30,299 nucleotides of DNA from a virus. Lineage: Duplodnaviria; Caudoviricetes. Positions 7,097-15,849 of the stretch are shown here, piece by piece. How positions within the stretch are numbered: the first letter of the stretch is position 1; every line of letters begins with the position of its first letter. The DNA lies in the IMG/VR virus record IMGVR_UViG_3300014208_000104, positions 1 to 30,299 of that record; one strand, 5' to 3'. The position numbers and the translations under genes were made by a program. A model generated the notes under the pieces. It had not been told where the DNA came from. It searched no databases and saw only the letters and a program-made list of their open reading frames with translations.

Positions 7097-8695
7097 GAAC
7101 TAGCAGAGATCCAGAAGCTGATTGACGGGCACCGCACCGACCGCTACGAAAAGCAGTGTCGCTACGCGGGTGGGCGCAACCCCGCGATCCTGGACCGCAA
7201 GGCCCACGAAGAGCCGGACAACCGCATCCCCGTGCCTATCGCGCGGAAGGGGATTAGGCTGGTCTCCGGGTACATGTTCAAGCCGGGCAATATCACTTAC
7301 TCAACCGATCCCGAGGGCTACTACGCCGATACGTTGAAGCCAATCTTTGACATTTCCGACGAGGAGTTGACGACCCAAGAGGAGGCCGAGACCGTACTTA
7401 CCCACGGCGAGGCATGGGAGTATCACTACAAGGTGGACGGCAAGCCCCATTTCGTGGAAGTTCCCTATGCCCAGTGCATCCCGATATGGGATGATGCCCT
7501 CCCCCCGAATCTTGTCGGCATGATCCGCCACTATTGCGAGATGGAGGGCGACGAAGAGATTCAGGAGATTTACTACTGGGACGAGGCGCGGGCGCGAAAG
7601 TGGGAGGGCAAAAAGGGCGCGATGGTCGAAATTACGGCCGACCCGGAGAGGGGCGAGGAGGGCATGGGGCTCCACGGCTACGGCGAGGTGCCCTTCGCGC
7701 AGTTCAAGATGGCCCGCGACTGTTCCAATCTCTTCGACTGCGTTATATCCCTGATCGATTTTCACGACCGGCTTATCTCCGAGGACTTTGCCAACGAGGC
7801 GCAGCGGTTCGCCTCAAGCTACATGCTCCTCCGCAATCGCCTTGCTAGCGAGATCGATCCCGATACCGGGAAAAGCGAACTTGACATGATCAAGGAGACG
7901 CGGACCTTTGAGGATCTTGGTGATGACGTGACCAAGGCTGTTGCCTTCCTAACGAAGACGATTCCCATAGACTTTATCAAAACCGCCGCCGATACTTTTG
8001 AACGGCTTATCTATGACATGATGCAGATCATCAACCCTAACGATATCGCCACCACGGGGCAGATATCTGGCATAGCCCTCGCCTACAAGCTCCTGCAATT
8101 CGAATACCTGTGCGCCCCGATCGAGGCGTATTTCTCTCGCGGGCTGCAATGGCGGGTACGGCTAATCCAGAAGGCCCTCGGCTCCATCTCGACGGAGACG
8201 CGGAGCGAGCAGGTGACCATCCAGTTCCGGCGCAACCTGCCCTTCGACATGGCCAGCGCGGTTGAGCAATTCGTGAAGATTGTCGGTATTCTTCCCGATG
8301 AGATTGCGCTCAAGCTCTTCCCCGCCTCATTCATAGCGGATACGAAGGCCGTCGCCGAGGAGATGGGAAGCGCGAAGGGAATGGATATGAACAGCAATCT
8401 TCTGCCCGACGGAACCGGCCCTGATGGCCTCGCCCTGCCCGCCGGCGGAGACGTACAGGCCCAGGCGCTAAACGGTGCTCAGGTAGCCTCTCTTATGACC
8501 GTGGCGCAGGCCGTGGCCGATAATCAATTGCCGCTTGCTACTGGTATCGAGATTGTACTAGCCGCGATGCCGACGATGACGCGCGAGGATGCGATGAGGA
8601 TGCTCGGGCCAGCCGATGCGTTTACGCCGGACAAGCCGGAAGTAGTTGCGCCCATTGGTAAGCCAGCGGCGCAGGATGCGAGTAAGGGGGAATGA
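7094..8695 (+). CDS. Portal protein, SPP1 gp6-like, with C-terminal extension
   Basis: Follows TerL; PDNRIPVP, GYMFKPG, HGYGEVP, ISGIALAYKL, IQFRRNLP. Confidence 0.9.
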   Translation: MELAEIQKLIDGHRTDRYEKQCRYAGGRNPAILDRKAHEEPDNRIPVPIARKGIRLVSGYMFKPGNITYSTDPEGYYADTLKPIFDISDEELTTQEEAETVLTHGEAWEYHYKVDGKPHFVEVPYAQCIPIWDDALPPNLVGMIRHYCEMEGDEEIQEIYYWDEARARKWEGKKGAMVEITADPERGEEGMGLHGYGEVPFAQFKMARDCSNLFDCVISLIDFHDRLISEDFANEAQRFASSYMLLRNRLASEIDPDTGKSELDMIKETRTFEDLGDDVTKAVAFLTKTIPIDFIKTAADTFERLIYDMMQIINPNDIATTGQISGIALAYKLLQFEYLCAPIEAYFSRGLQWRVRLIQKALGSISTETRSEQVTIQFRRNLPFDMASAVEQFVKIVGILPDEIALKLFPASFIADTKAVAEEMGSAKGMDMNSNLLPDGTGPDGLALPAGGDVQAQALNGAQVASLMTVAQAVADNQLPLATGIEIVLAAMPTMTREDAMRMLGPADAFTPDKPEVVAPIGKPAAQDASKGE

Positions 8696-9036
8696 TGTTT
8701 AAGGCTATTATGTCAGATTGTAAGAATCCAGAATGCCGAAGCGGTAAACTATGCGTTTGTGGCGGACATTCGGCATCGGACGTTAAAAAGAACCTCAATA
8801 ACCATTCTACCCGTTCACGATTAAACATTCGCAAACAACAAGGTGAGTTTGACTATATCAATAATGCTTATGGCTTGCATGTCGTCCGAGGTTCAAGGGT
8901 TCGATGGCTTCCGACTAATATTCTCGGAAGTGTAGCGAAGGGAGACGGCCAGTATATTCATATCAGATGGGACGATAGCGGGAAAGTGAAAGGGCCATAT
9001 CATCCTACTTCGGAGCTTGAATATCTGATAGAATAG
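8692..9036 (+). CDS. Hypothetical phage protein
   Basis: ATGA overlap; FDYINNAYG...YIHIRWDD...PYHPTSELEY. Confidence 0.7.
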   Translation: MMFKAIMSDCKNPECRSGKLCVCGGHSASDVKKNLNNHSTRSRLNIRKQQGEFDYINNAYGLHVVRGSRVRWLPTNILGSVAKGDGQYIHIRWDDSGKVKGPYHPTSELEYLIE

Positions 9037-9052
9037 AAGGAGGGGGAACAAG

Positions 9053-9208
9053 ATGGACAGGCACAATATTTCCATGCATTCGCTCGGGGTACGATACGGG
9101 AAGGACGCGCGCGATGACAAAATGATTGACGCCTACTTGCAACGACGCCACGAGGCTAGCAATAAGCGCCTTCCTGCCGAATATAAAACAGCCAAGGGGG
9201 ATATATGA
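9053..9208 (+). CDS. Small hypothetical protein (51 aa)
   Basis: SD AAGGAGG; MDRHNISMHSLG...AKGDI*; ATGA overlap with next gene. Confidence 0.6.
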   Translation: MDRHNISMHSLGVRYGKDARDDKMIDAYLQRRHEASNKRLPAEYKTAKGDI

Positions 9209-9447
9209 GCGAGTGGATAAAGGTAAGCGATAGATTGCCCGCCAATGGCGTCGAAGTGTTATGCCATGAAATAGGGCAACGGATATTCATAGGGCGATAT
9301 TCTTCTTATGTCGGGCGAGGCACTACCGACATCCATGCTATGCGATGGGAAGAATATGGCCTTAATGATTTTGACAATATGGGATGGATGGCGTCATTCC
9401 CTGTTTTGCATTGGATGCCGCTTCCTGAAGTTCCAAAGGGGGAATAA
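9205..9447 (+). CDS. DUF551-like protein
   Basis: MSEWIKVSDRLP...VLHWMPLPEVP. Confidence 0.85.
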   Translation: MSEWIKVSDRLPANGVEVLCHEIGQRIFIGRYSSYVGRGTTDIHAMRWEEYGLNDFDNMGWMASFPVLHWMPLPEVPKGE

Positions 9448-9448
9448 C

Positions 9449-9910
9449 TTGAAAGAATGGGCTAGTATTGATTATGGCACTTCGCCCGATGCGCCAAAGG
9501 AGCGTAAGCATGTACATATTGACTTGGAGAATACCAAGGGGATATCCGACATGGATCGAGGAGATCAGGCAATCAAGGATGCCGCCGAAGAAATCTGGCA
9601 AACAGTTGTCGAAGACATTGAAACGTGGCCCGAAGATTCTTCGCCGCGAATCGTATTAAATGCCTTTAGGGCAATGAAGGTCGAGCGGGATAATTTTGGG
9701 ATACAGCTTCAACGCGAGAAGGATATCAACCTCGGCATTTTTGATGCTCAAAACTACTGGCATAAAATACATGATTTGCTTGAACGCCAGTATGGAGAAA
9801 TAATGGAATGGGTAACGCAATCCTTTCTTGAAGGGACGTCGGTCGAGCCATATCAAAGTATGCTCAATCGGCATACGGTTGAATATGCCGCAATGAGGAA
9901 ACACAAATGA
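9449..9910 (+). CDS. Hypothetical protein (TTG start)
   Basis: SD AAGGGGGA before TTG 9449; fills the gap and is ATGA-coupled to next gene. Confidence 0.6.
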   Translation: MKEWASIDYGTSPDAPKERKHVHIDLENTKGISDMDRGDQAIKDAAEEIWQTVVEDIETWPEDSSPRIVLNAFRAMKVERDNFGIQLQREKDINLGIFDAQNYWHKIHDLLERQYGEIMEWVTQSFLEGTSVEPYQSMLNRHTVEYAAMRKHK

Positions 9911-10197
9911 GAACCCCGGAAGAGTTTGCTAAACTTCTGGTAGGAATGGAAAGAGAAATTAATTTTACCCATGTTAGAATGCATGGATGCATGACAACTC
10001 AATTCCTCGATGAACTATCGGATAGCATTTATAGCCATTTCAAAGATCAAATAAAAATAAGAGATCAGGAAATATTGGAAACCGCCAAGAATGCCGGATG
10101 GAAATGGATAAAGGAAAATTGCGATAATACTGTCCTTTTGGGCGATTCTTTTGAATCGGCTATTGATTCGGCACTTCTCGAGCCTCCGAAGGATTGA
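9907..10197 (+). CDS. Hypothetical protein
   Basis: SD GAGG; coupled start; MRTPEEFAK... Confidence 0.65.
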   Translation: MRTPEEFAKLLVGMEREINFTHVRMHGCMTTQFLDELSDSIYSHFKDQIKIRDQEILETAKNAGWKWIKENCDNTVLLGDSFESAIDSALLEPPKD

Positions 10198-10200
10198 TTG

Positions 10201-10239
10201 ATGCCTGACCTCCCCTTCCGCGACCTAGCCAAGGAGTGA
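10201..10239 (+). pseudogene. Relic 5' end of the minor head (F) gene
   Basis: Encodes MPDLPFRDLAKE*, versus MADIPFRDLAKL at 10389. Confidence 0.7.
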
Positions 10240-10241
10240 AT

Positions 10242-10388
10242 ATGGGAAAGGACGAAATACTAGCCGAAATGGCGGAGCTGGGGAAGCCTAAATACTATTT
10301 TTGCGACACCGAAACTCCCATGAATGCCCTGCGCGAAAGGTTGTTTAATTTAGAGCATCCCGAACATGCGTATCCCGAGAGATTCTAA
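10242..10388 (+). CDS. Small hypothetical protein (48 aa)
   Basis: SD AAGGAG; MGKDEILAEMAELG...YPERF*; abuts F gene start. Confidence 0.6.
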   Translation: MGKDEILAEMAELGKPKYYFCDTETPMNALRERLFNLEHPEHAYPERF

Positions 10389-11390
10389 ATGGCTGATATA
10401 CCCTTCCGAGATTTGGCCAAACTTCAGCAGTCCCGATTCGACGCGTTCGAGACGCAACAAAACGTCATTGACCGCATCCTCCTTCGCAACTATAAAGCGG
10501 CCTATGAGGAGACAATCGGCCAAATGGCGAAGCTCTATGCGAAGGTGGGGCTCAAGACCCCCGTTGACGGGATGAGCATACGGAAAGAGGACGCGATCCG
10601 ATACAACCAATTCCAGAACCGGCTAGACAACCTCGCCGCCGAGATGAAGGGGCTACGGGCCAAAGGCGTCAAGCTCACCGAGGAGACAAGCGCACAGGCC
10701 GTGCAGGATGCCTACTACGGGGGGCAATGGGCATTCGAGCAAGCCGTGTCCGTGCCGTTGCCTATTCCCGCCCTGCCGATTTCCGTTATCCGCGTCGCCG
10801 TCTATTCCGACGTTTCGGGCCTCGATCTAGTCAAGACATGGGACAAAAACACGATTGACGGGATATACAAGACGCAAGCCGCGATGATGCGCGGGCTAAC
10901 ACAGGGCTACAGCTACGCTAAAATGGCGAGCGCCATCAAAGGCGAGTTCGACAAGGGCCTCTGGCAGGCCATGCGGGTAGTCCGCACCGAAGCCGGGAGG
11001 TGCTGGTCGGAAGGCGCGGAGGCGGCGCATCAGGCGGCCAGCGAAGCGGGTCTGAACGTGCGCAAGCGGTGGAGCGCGGCGCTGGATCGGCGGACGCGGC
11101 TCGATCATGCCGCGCTTGACGGCACCTACGCCGACGACGAGGGGCTATTTCACATCGGCGGGCTATCCGCCCCGCAGCCGCGTGAGTTCGGTGACCCCGC
11201 GCAGGATATATCGTGTCGGTGCAATGCTTACGACGTGCTGGACGGCATCGAGCCATCTGTCCGCCGTATCCGAGACGATTACACCGACCCGAAGTCTGGA
11301 TCGAGCATTTGCCCGTACCAGACCTTCGAGCAATGGGCGACGAAATATGGCTGGACAAAAGAAAAGGGCTGGCCGAAGAAGGGCAAATGA
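10389..11390 (+). CDS. Minor head / head morphogenesis protein (Mu gpF, SPP1 gp7-like)
   Basis: RVVRTE, KRWSAALDRRTRLDHAALDG, DISCRC motifs. Confidence 0.9.
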   Translation: MADIPFRDLAKLQQSRFDAFETQQNVIDRILLRNYKAAYEETIGQMAKLYAKVGLKTPVDGMSIRKEDAIRYNQFQNRLDNLAAEMKGLRAKGVKLTEETSAQAVQDAYYGGQWAFEQAVSVPLPIPALPISVIRVAVYSDVSGLDLVKTWDKNTIDGIYKTQAAMMRGLTQGYSYAKMASAIKGEFDKGLWQAMRVVRTEAGRCWSEGAEAAHQAASEAGLNVRKRWSAALDRRTRLDHAALDGTYADDEGLFHIGGLSAPQPREFGDPAQDISCRCNAYDVLDGIEPSVRRIRDDYTDPKSGSSICPYQTFEQWATKYGWTKEKGWPKKGK

Positions 11391-11674
11391 TCCTTCTCAC
11401 AACCATCGCGATATGGTACATGCTCCTACGCTGGTCGATTCGACATATCCATTCGACCTATGATGGCTTCATATTCTCGCACCATTTCAAAAACGGGGAC
11501 CGCGTGATATGGCGCGGCTGGTACGCCACGGTGATTGACTGCAAAACGGTGGATTGCGTGATTCGCCGCGACTACAAAGGGTTATTGGGCATACGGGCAG
11601 GGACGGGGGCGAGGCAAATAGCCGTAGGCATCCCCTCCTCTGCCCGCGCGCCTTTGATTTCAAGGGGGAAGTAA
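11387..11674 (+). CDS. Hypothetical protein with hydrophobic N-terminus
   Basis: ATGA overlap with F stop; MILLTTIAIWYMLL...FKNGDRVIW. Confidence 0.55.
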   Translation: MILLTTIAIWYMLLRWSIRHIHSTYDGFIFSHHFKNGDRVIWRGWYATVIDCKTVDCVIRRDYKGLLGIRAGTGARQIAVGIPSSARAPLISRGK

Positions 11675-11820
11675 TGGCTATCGCGCCTAAGGGCATCGAC
11701 CTTGAATATTACGGCGTCGGCGGAAACCGCGTCACCCGCTGGGTTCTTGGTGTGATGGCGTGGGTGTTTGGCATCAAGCTTCATGTTGTCGAGGCTGGTA
11801 AGAAAGAGGGGATCGCGTGA
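11674..11820 (+). CDS. Small hypothetical protein (48 aa)
   Basis: SD AAGGGGG; TAATG coupling; MAIAPKGIDLEY... Confidence 0.55.
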   Translation: MAIAPKGIDLEYYGVGGNRVTRWVLGVMAWVFGIKLHVVEAGKKEGIA

Positions 11821-12086
11821 AGGTGGTAATATGTGGCATCCCCTTTGCGATAATATACGTTGATTCCGCCCTTACTGGGAACGATAGGTTTGGAGAATGC
11901 GACGTAATGGCAGCAACGATCAAAATAAATAAACGGTGTTCTCAAGAACAAAAAGATGCGACGCTTATACACGAATGGGTGCATGGGGTTGCCGGTTGTA
12001 ACGGAACCTCCCAAAACGAGGATATAATTGGCGTAGTTGCTACCGAGCTATATAGACAAGGTTTTAGAGTCAAGGTGGAACCTTGA
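11817..12086 (+). CDS. Small zincin-like metallopeptidase
   Basis: FGECD...IKIN...TLIHEWVHG (HExxH) plus downstream E. Confidence 0.75.
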   Translation: MKVVICGIPFAIIYVDSALTGNDRFGECDVMAATIKINKRCSQEQKDATLIHEWVHGVAGCNGTSQNEDIIGVVATELYRQGFRVKVEP

Positions 12087-12265
12087 CCCTCGCCGACCGC
12101 CAGTCCGACGCCGCCGCCGGGGCGCTGGTAACCCGCATGCTTGGCGAACTGCGGGAAAGGGGAATGCGGAATTACCACCTTGTCGTGCTTGTGAACGACG
12201 GCAGGGCGCAGGTGGTGCGGGACATGGTGATAGGGGAGTGCGAAAAGGTAAGCGCAGCCGGGTAG
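12083..12265 (+). CDS. Small hypothetical protein
   Basis: TTGA overlap; SD AAGGTGG; ends immediately before a promoter. Confidence 0.5.
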   Translation: MTLADRQSDAAAGALVTRMLGELRERGMRNYHLVVLVNDGRAQVVRDMVIGECEKVSAAG

Positions 12266-12294
12266 TTGCAATTTTGAGCAATCCGTGATAGACT
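12266..12294 (+). promoter_or_regulatory. Sigma70-type promoter of scaffold/capsid genes
   Basis: TTGCAA, 17 nt, TAGACT with extended -10 TG. Confidence 0.7.
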
Positions 12295-12332
12295 ATTGGT
12301 AATTCGTAGGGGCATTCGCCCCGAAACGCACC

Positions 12333-12391
12333 GAGAGGGGCGGCTAATCCAACCGGGAGACCGGGCGGAATAGTCGCCCCTCTTTTGTTTT
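12333..12391 (+). terminator. Long hairpin with U-tract in the capsid operon leader
   Basis: GAGAGGGGCGGCTA pairs with TAGTCGCCCCTCTT; inner CCGG-GAGA-CCGG; followed by TTTTGTTTT. Confidence 0.6.
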
Positions 12392-12434
12392 GGCACTGGC
12401 CGGGCACGAACTGGCTGGGGCAAAGGAAGACACG

Positions 12435-13103
12435 ATGAACCTGAAAGACCTAGTGGGGAAACTGCCCGAGGCAGACCGCCCGGCCGCGGAAGCAGCTATC
12501 CAAGAAGCGATACTTGCGGCCAATCCGGTTGCGGGGATCGACTCGAAGGAAAAAGCGGCTGAGTACATCGGCAAGAACCAGTACTTCAAGGCAGCGCTTG
12601 ACGCCGGGGTATCGCTCGGTGTCGAGGCACATGACAAGAAGTTCATGGCCGAAAAGTTTCCGAAACTCGTAGAGGCCGAGGTCAAAAAGCTGACTGGTCC
12701 TGAGACTGACCCGATCAAGATCGAGTTGGCGCAGATCAAGGCGGAACGAGAGGCGGAAAAAGCCGAGGCAAAGCGGGACAAGCTCCGGGCGCTGGCTATC
12801 AAGTTGGCGGCCGACGAAAAAATCCCGGTAGCCCACATCGAACGGTTCATCGACGAGGATGACGAGAAGACGACGGCAAGCGTCAAGGCTTATGCGAAGC
12901 ACCTGAAGGACTATGCAAAAGCCGAGACTGAAGCCGCGCTCAAGGAACGGCTGGGCAATACGGGAACGCCGAGAGGCGGGGCCGCGATCCCTCCCGCCGA
13001 CCTCAAAACCAGATATGCGGAAGCGCTAAAAGACCCGAAGCGGGCCGACGAAGCGCTCGCCCTGCATGAACAGCTTGAACAAGCGGCCCGCGCGGGCCAG
13101 TAG
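12435..13103 (+). CDS. Capsid scaffolding protein (DUF4355-like)
   Basis: SD AAAGGA; charged helical protein directly upstream of capsid gene; ERLGNTGTP near C-terminus. Confidence 0.8.
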   Translation: MNLKDLVGKLPEADRPAAEAAIQEAILAANPVAGIDSKEKAAEYIGKNQYFKAALDAGVSLGVEAHDKKFMAEKFPKLVEAEVKKLTGPETDPIKIELAQIKAEREAEKAEAKRDKLRALAIKLAADEKIPVAHIERFIDEDDEKTTASVKAYAKHLKDYAKAETEAALKERLGNTGTPRGGAAIPPADLKTRYAEALKDPKRADEALALHEQLEQAARAGQ

Positions 13104-13111
13104 GAGCAACC

Positions 13112-14095
13112 ATGAGTTCGCCGATGGATTCCGACACCCTGAATTATAGGGGTCTACTTTTCGCCTACGGAGCCAATGCGGCCCCGTTCCTCGCCTCGAT
13201 CGCGAGCAAGTCCAAGCGTGTGGGCTCGTGGTCGGTTCCCATTTCTAACAACTACACCCCTGGCGGCGGCGCGCAGACCACGGTTTCCGAGGATACCGCC
13301 AAGTCCGACGCGGCTGCTAACACGGTGACGCTGGCTCAGACCTACAACGTCTGCCAGATCCAGTGGTACCATGTCGAGTCCACTTTCAAGAAGGAGTCGA
13401 TGACCGGCCAGTTCTCCGGTCTCAATGTCGATTCGTCCGGCGTGGCGCTTTCCGGAATCGCCTTCCAGAAAAAGGTGGGCCTACAGAAGCTCGCCAAAGA
13501 CCTTGAGTTTTCTCTGATTCAGGGCGCGTATACGGGCGAGACCGATTCTTCGACCAATACCAAGATGCGCGGACTCAAGAACGCCATCAGCACGAACACG
13601 GTCGCGGCCGGCGGGCTCAAACTGTCCAAGACCATGATCGAGGAACTTGTCCGCGAGATGGTGGCCTCTGGTGCACCTTTTACCGATCCCGTCGTGCTCT
13701 GCAACGCCTTCAACATCCAGCAACTTTCGGATATCTACGGCTACGCCCCGATGGACCGCAACATGGGCGGCGTCTACATCAGGGATTTCATGGTCCCCGG
13801 CGCGGGTGGCTCCGGCATTCTCACCGCCATGTACTCGCCCCAGGTCCCGACTGATGAGGTTTACATCGTCGAGCGCGATGTCTGCGCCCCGGTGTTCTGC
13901 CCCGTCCCGGCCAACACCGAAGGTATTCAGATCGGTCAGCGCTTCGATGCCAGCATCGACGGCGTGGACGTGGGCTACTATGTCAAGTCGCAGCTCGGAG
14001 CGGTCGTGGGGGGATTCCTGTATATGCAGCCCTCCTTTGACTATGGCCCCGAGATGTACCACGGCAGCGTTACCGGCCTCGCCACCTCGGCGTAA
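13112..14095 (+). CDS. Major capsid protein (DUF5309/SU10-like)
   Basis: APFLASI, NVCQI, KDLEFSLIQG, MRGLKNAI, YGPEMYHG; size and position. Confidence 0.85.
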   Translation: MSSPMDSDTLNYRGLLFAYGANAAPFLASIASKSKRVGSWSVPISNNYTPGGGAQTTVSEDTAKSDAAANTVTLAQTYNVCQIQWYHVESTFKKESMTGQFSGLNVDSSGVALSGIAFQKKVGLQKLAKDLEFSLIQGAYTGETDSSTNTKMRGLKNAISTNTVAAGGLKLSKTMIEELVREMVASGAPFTDPVVLCNAFNIQQLSDIYGYAPMDRNMGGVYIRDFMVPGAGGSGILTAMYSPQVPTDEVYIVERDVCAPVFCPVPANTEGIQIGQRFDASIDGVDVGYYVKSQLGAVVGGFLYMQPSFDYGPEMYHGSVTGLATSA

Positions 14096-14107
14096 GGAGC
14101 AAGCGAA

Positions 14108-15322
14108 ATGAAGTTTGAATCTTCGTCCGCCATATCGAAGGGATTGGGCAACGCCCTTGAAATCATCTCCGAAGTGGGCTCCCTTCCGTTTATCCGCGGC
14201 ACTTGGTTCTATGTTGACCCGCTTTCGGGAGACGACAATTCCGACGGTCGCACCATCGGCACCGCACTCGCGGGGGTCCGGGCGGCCTACGGGAAATGTA
14301 CCGACAAGGCCGGGGATGGTATCTGCTTCTTGTCTCGCGGTAGCGCAACGAGTTCCGACACCACGGCCTACCTCGGTGGCACGCTCAACTGGGCTAAGCA
14401 CGGCATCACGTTCTTCGGGGCGTGCGCCGGGCAGGGCTTCAACAACCGCGCCCGCGTCGTGAGTCTTGACCGATCCTATGCCGCGTCTACCCTTTCGTGG
14501 ACGGCTGCTGGCGTCATAACCGATTCGGCGAGCGGGTTCCTTACCGAGGGCTTCGAGGCAGGGGATGCGGTCCTTGTAGCCGTCACTTCCGGCACCGCGA
14601 TAACCGCCCTCAATGTCGTCGCTTCTGTGACGGCTTCCACGATGACCCTTACCGACGCTGTGACCGCGAACGCAGCGCCCGGGGCCTCGACCATCTCCAA
14701 CCATTGCCGCCCGCTTATCAACCTGACCGGCCGCAATAACAGGTTTGTCAATCTCGCCTTCGTCAACGAGGGCACGGTCGCGACCGACGATGGCGCGGTT
14801 CTTGTTGCGGGCGTTGACAACTACTTCGAAAACTGCTATTTCAACGGCGCGACTTCCGCGACAGTGGCGGCGGAGACCACCGCCTACCATGTCACCGTCA
14901 ATACCTCGGAGTGCCGCTTCAAGCACTGCTTCTTCGGCAGCAATTCCACGATTTGGGCCGGGGCAAACGCGCTTCTTCGTCTTGGCGTTTCCACTACGCA
15001 GATCGGGCAGAACTTCTTCGAGGATTGCTACTTCACCTCTTACTCCGCCACGGCCGGGCACATGGCGATCGCCATCACCAACGCGGCTACTCTCGGCGGC
15101 TGGATCGTGTTCAAGAATTGCAGTTTCGTGAACTGGGATTCCGGGGCTGCTACCGCACTTACTGCCGCTATCGGCGGGACGGATACCAACAACATGGGGA
15201 TCATACTGGAAAAGTGTTCCATGGTCGGTTGGGCTATCTGGGTAGATACGGGATGGGACAACGTCTATACCGACGTTCCTGCCTCGGCTTCAGCTGGTGG
15301 CGTCGCTGTGGTGACCGGCTAA
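14108..15322 (+). CDS. Putative head decoration/fibre protein with beta-helix repeats
   Basis: WFYVDPLSGDDNSDG motif; repeated FENCYF, FKHCFF, FEDCYF, FKNCSF; Thr/Ala-rich; follows capsid gene. Confidence 0.65.
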   Translation: MKFESSSAISKGLGNALEIISEVGSLPFIRGTWFYVDPLSGDDNSDGRTIGTALAGVRAAYGKCTDKAGDGICFLSRGSATSSDTTAYLGGTLNWAKHGITFFGACAGQGFNNRARVVSLDRSYAASTLSWTAAGVITDSASGFLTEGFEAGDAVLVAVTSGTAITALNVVASVTASTMTLTDAVTANAAPGASTISNHCRPLINLTGRNNRFVNLAFVNEGTVATDDGAVLVAGVDNYFENCYFNGATSATVAAETTAYHVTVNTSECRFKHCFFGSNSTIWAGANALLRLGVSTTQIGQNFFEDCYFTSYSATAGHMAIAITNAATLGGWIVFKNCSFVNWDSGAATALTAAIGGTDTNNMGIILEKCSMVGWAIWVDTGWDNVYTDVPASASAGGVAVVTG

Positions 15323-15642
15323 TGAAAATCTACGGCACGGGGTCTTTCAAGGCCCCCGGCTCGAGTCGGGTAGTGTGGGATTTCGACGATGGCCCCTTCG
15401 ACACCGTCAATCCCATGCTCATTGCGGAGGCGAAGCGGCGCGGTTATTCCTTTACCGCCCCCCCGCCTCCCCCCGTGCGCGAGAAACGAAAGCCCGGCAG
15501 ACCGCCCAAGGAGGCAAGCAATGCCGATGAAAAGTCAGGCGCAGCGAAAAAAGCTGTGGGCGACCGATCCCGCGCTGGCAAAGAAGATGGAAGCCGAAAC
15601 GCCGAAGGGCAAGAAGCTACCAAAGAAAAAGAAGGCCAGTAA
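15322..15642 (+). CDS. Hypothetical head-region protein
   Basis: TAATG coupling; MKIYGTGSF...RRGY, PPPPP linker, KPGRPPK (AT-hook-like). Confidence 0.6.
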   Translation: MKIYGTGSFKAPGSSRVVWDFDDGPFDTVNPMLIAEAKRRGYSFTAPPPPPVREKRKPGRPPKEASNADEKSGAAKKAVGDRSRAGKEDGSRNAEGQEATKEKEGQ

Positions 15643-15646
15643 ATGA
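15521..15646 (+). CDS. Small Lys-rich basic protein (41 aa), overlapping gene
   Basis: Perfect SD AAGGAGG; MPMKSQAQRKKLWATDPALAKKMEAETPKGKKLP; ATGA-coupled to next gene. Confidence 0.7.
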   Translation: MPMKSQAQRKKLWATDPALAKKMEAETPKGKKLPKKKKASK

Positions 15647-15849
15647 GCGTTCCCCGGATCACGGAAATACTGGAAGAGGAAATCCAGGCTAGGCTCGATT
15701 CCCAGGATGAAGCCACGCGCGAGAAAGCCACCTCTGACTATCTCGCGTTTGCCACCCTCAAGGAATTGAGGAAAATCAGAATGATTCTCGAAGACGAAAC
15801 GGGGACCGAAATCCCCGATGAGGAAATCGAGAATGAGGAGATCACATGA
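15643..15849 (+). CDS. Small acidic hypothetical protein
   Basis: ATGA coupling at both ends. Confidence 0.65.
   Translation: MSVPRITEILEEEIQARLDSQDEATREKATSDYLAFATLKELRKIRMILEDETGTEIPDEEIENEEIT

Noticed and set aside
13481-15061. 526-aa minus-strand ORF
   Set aside because: Antisense shadow of the strongly codon-biased capsid and decoration genes; no motifs or SD
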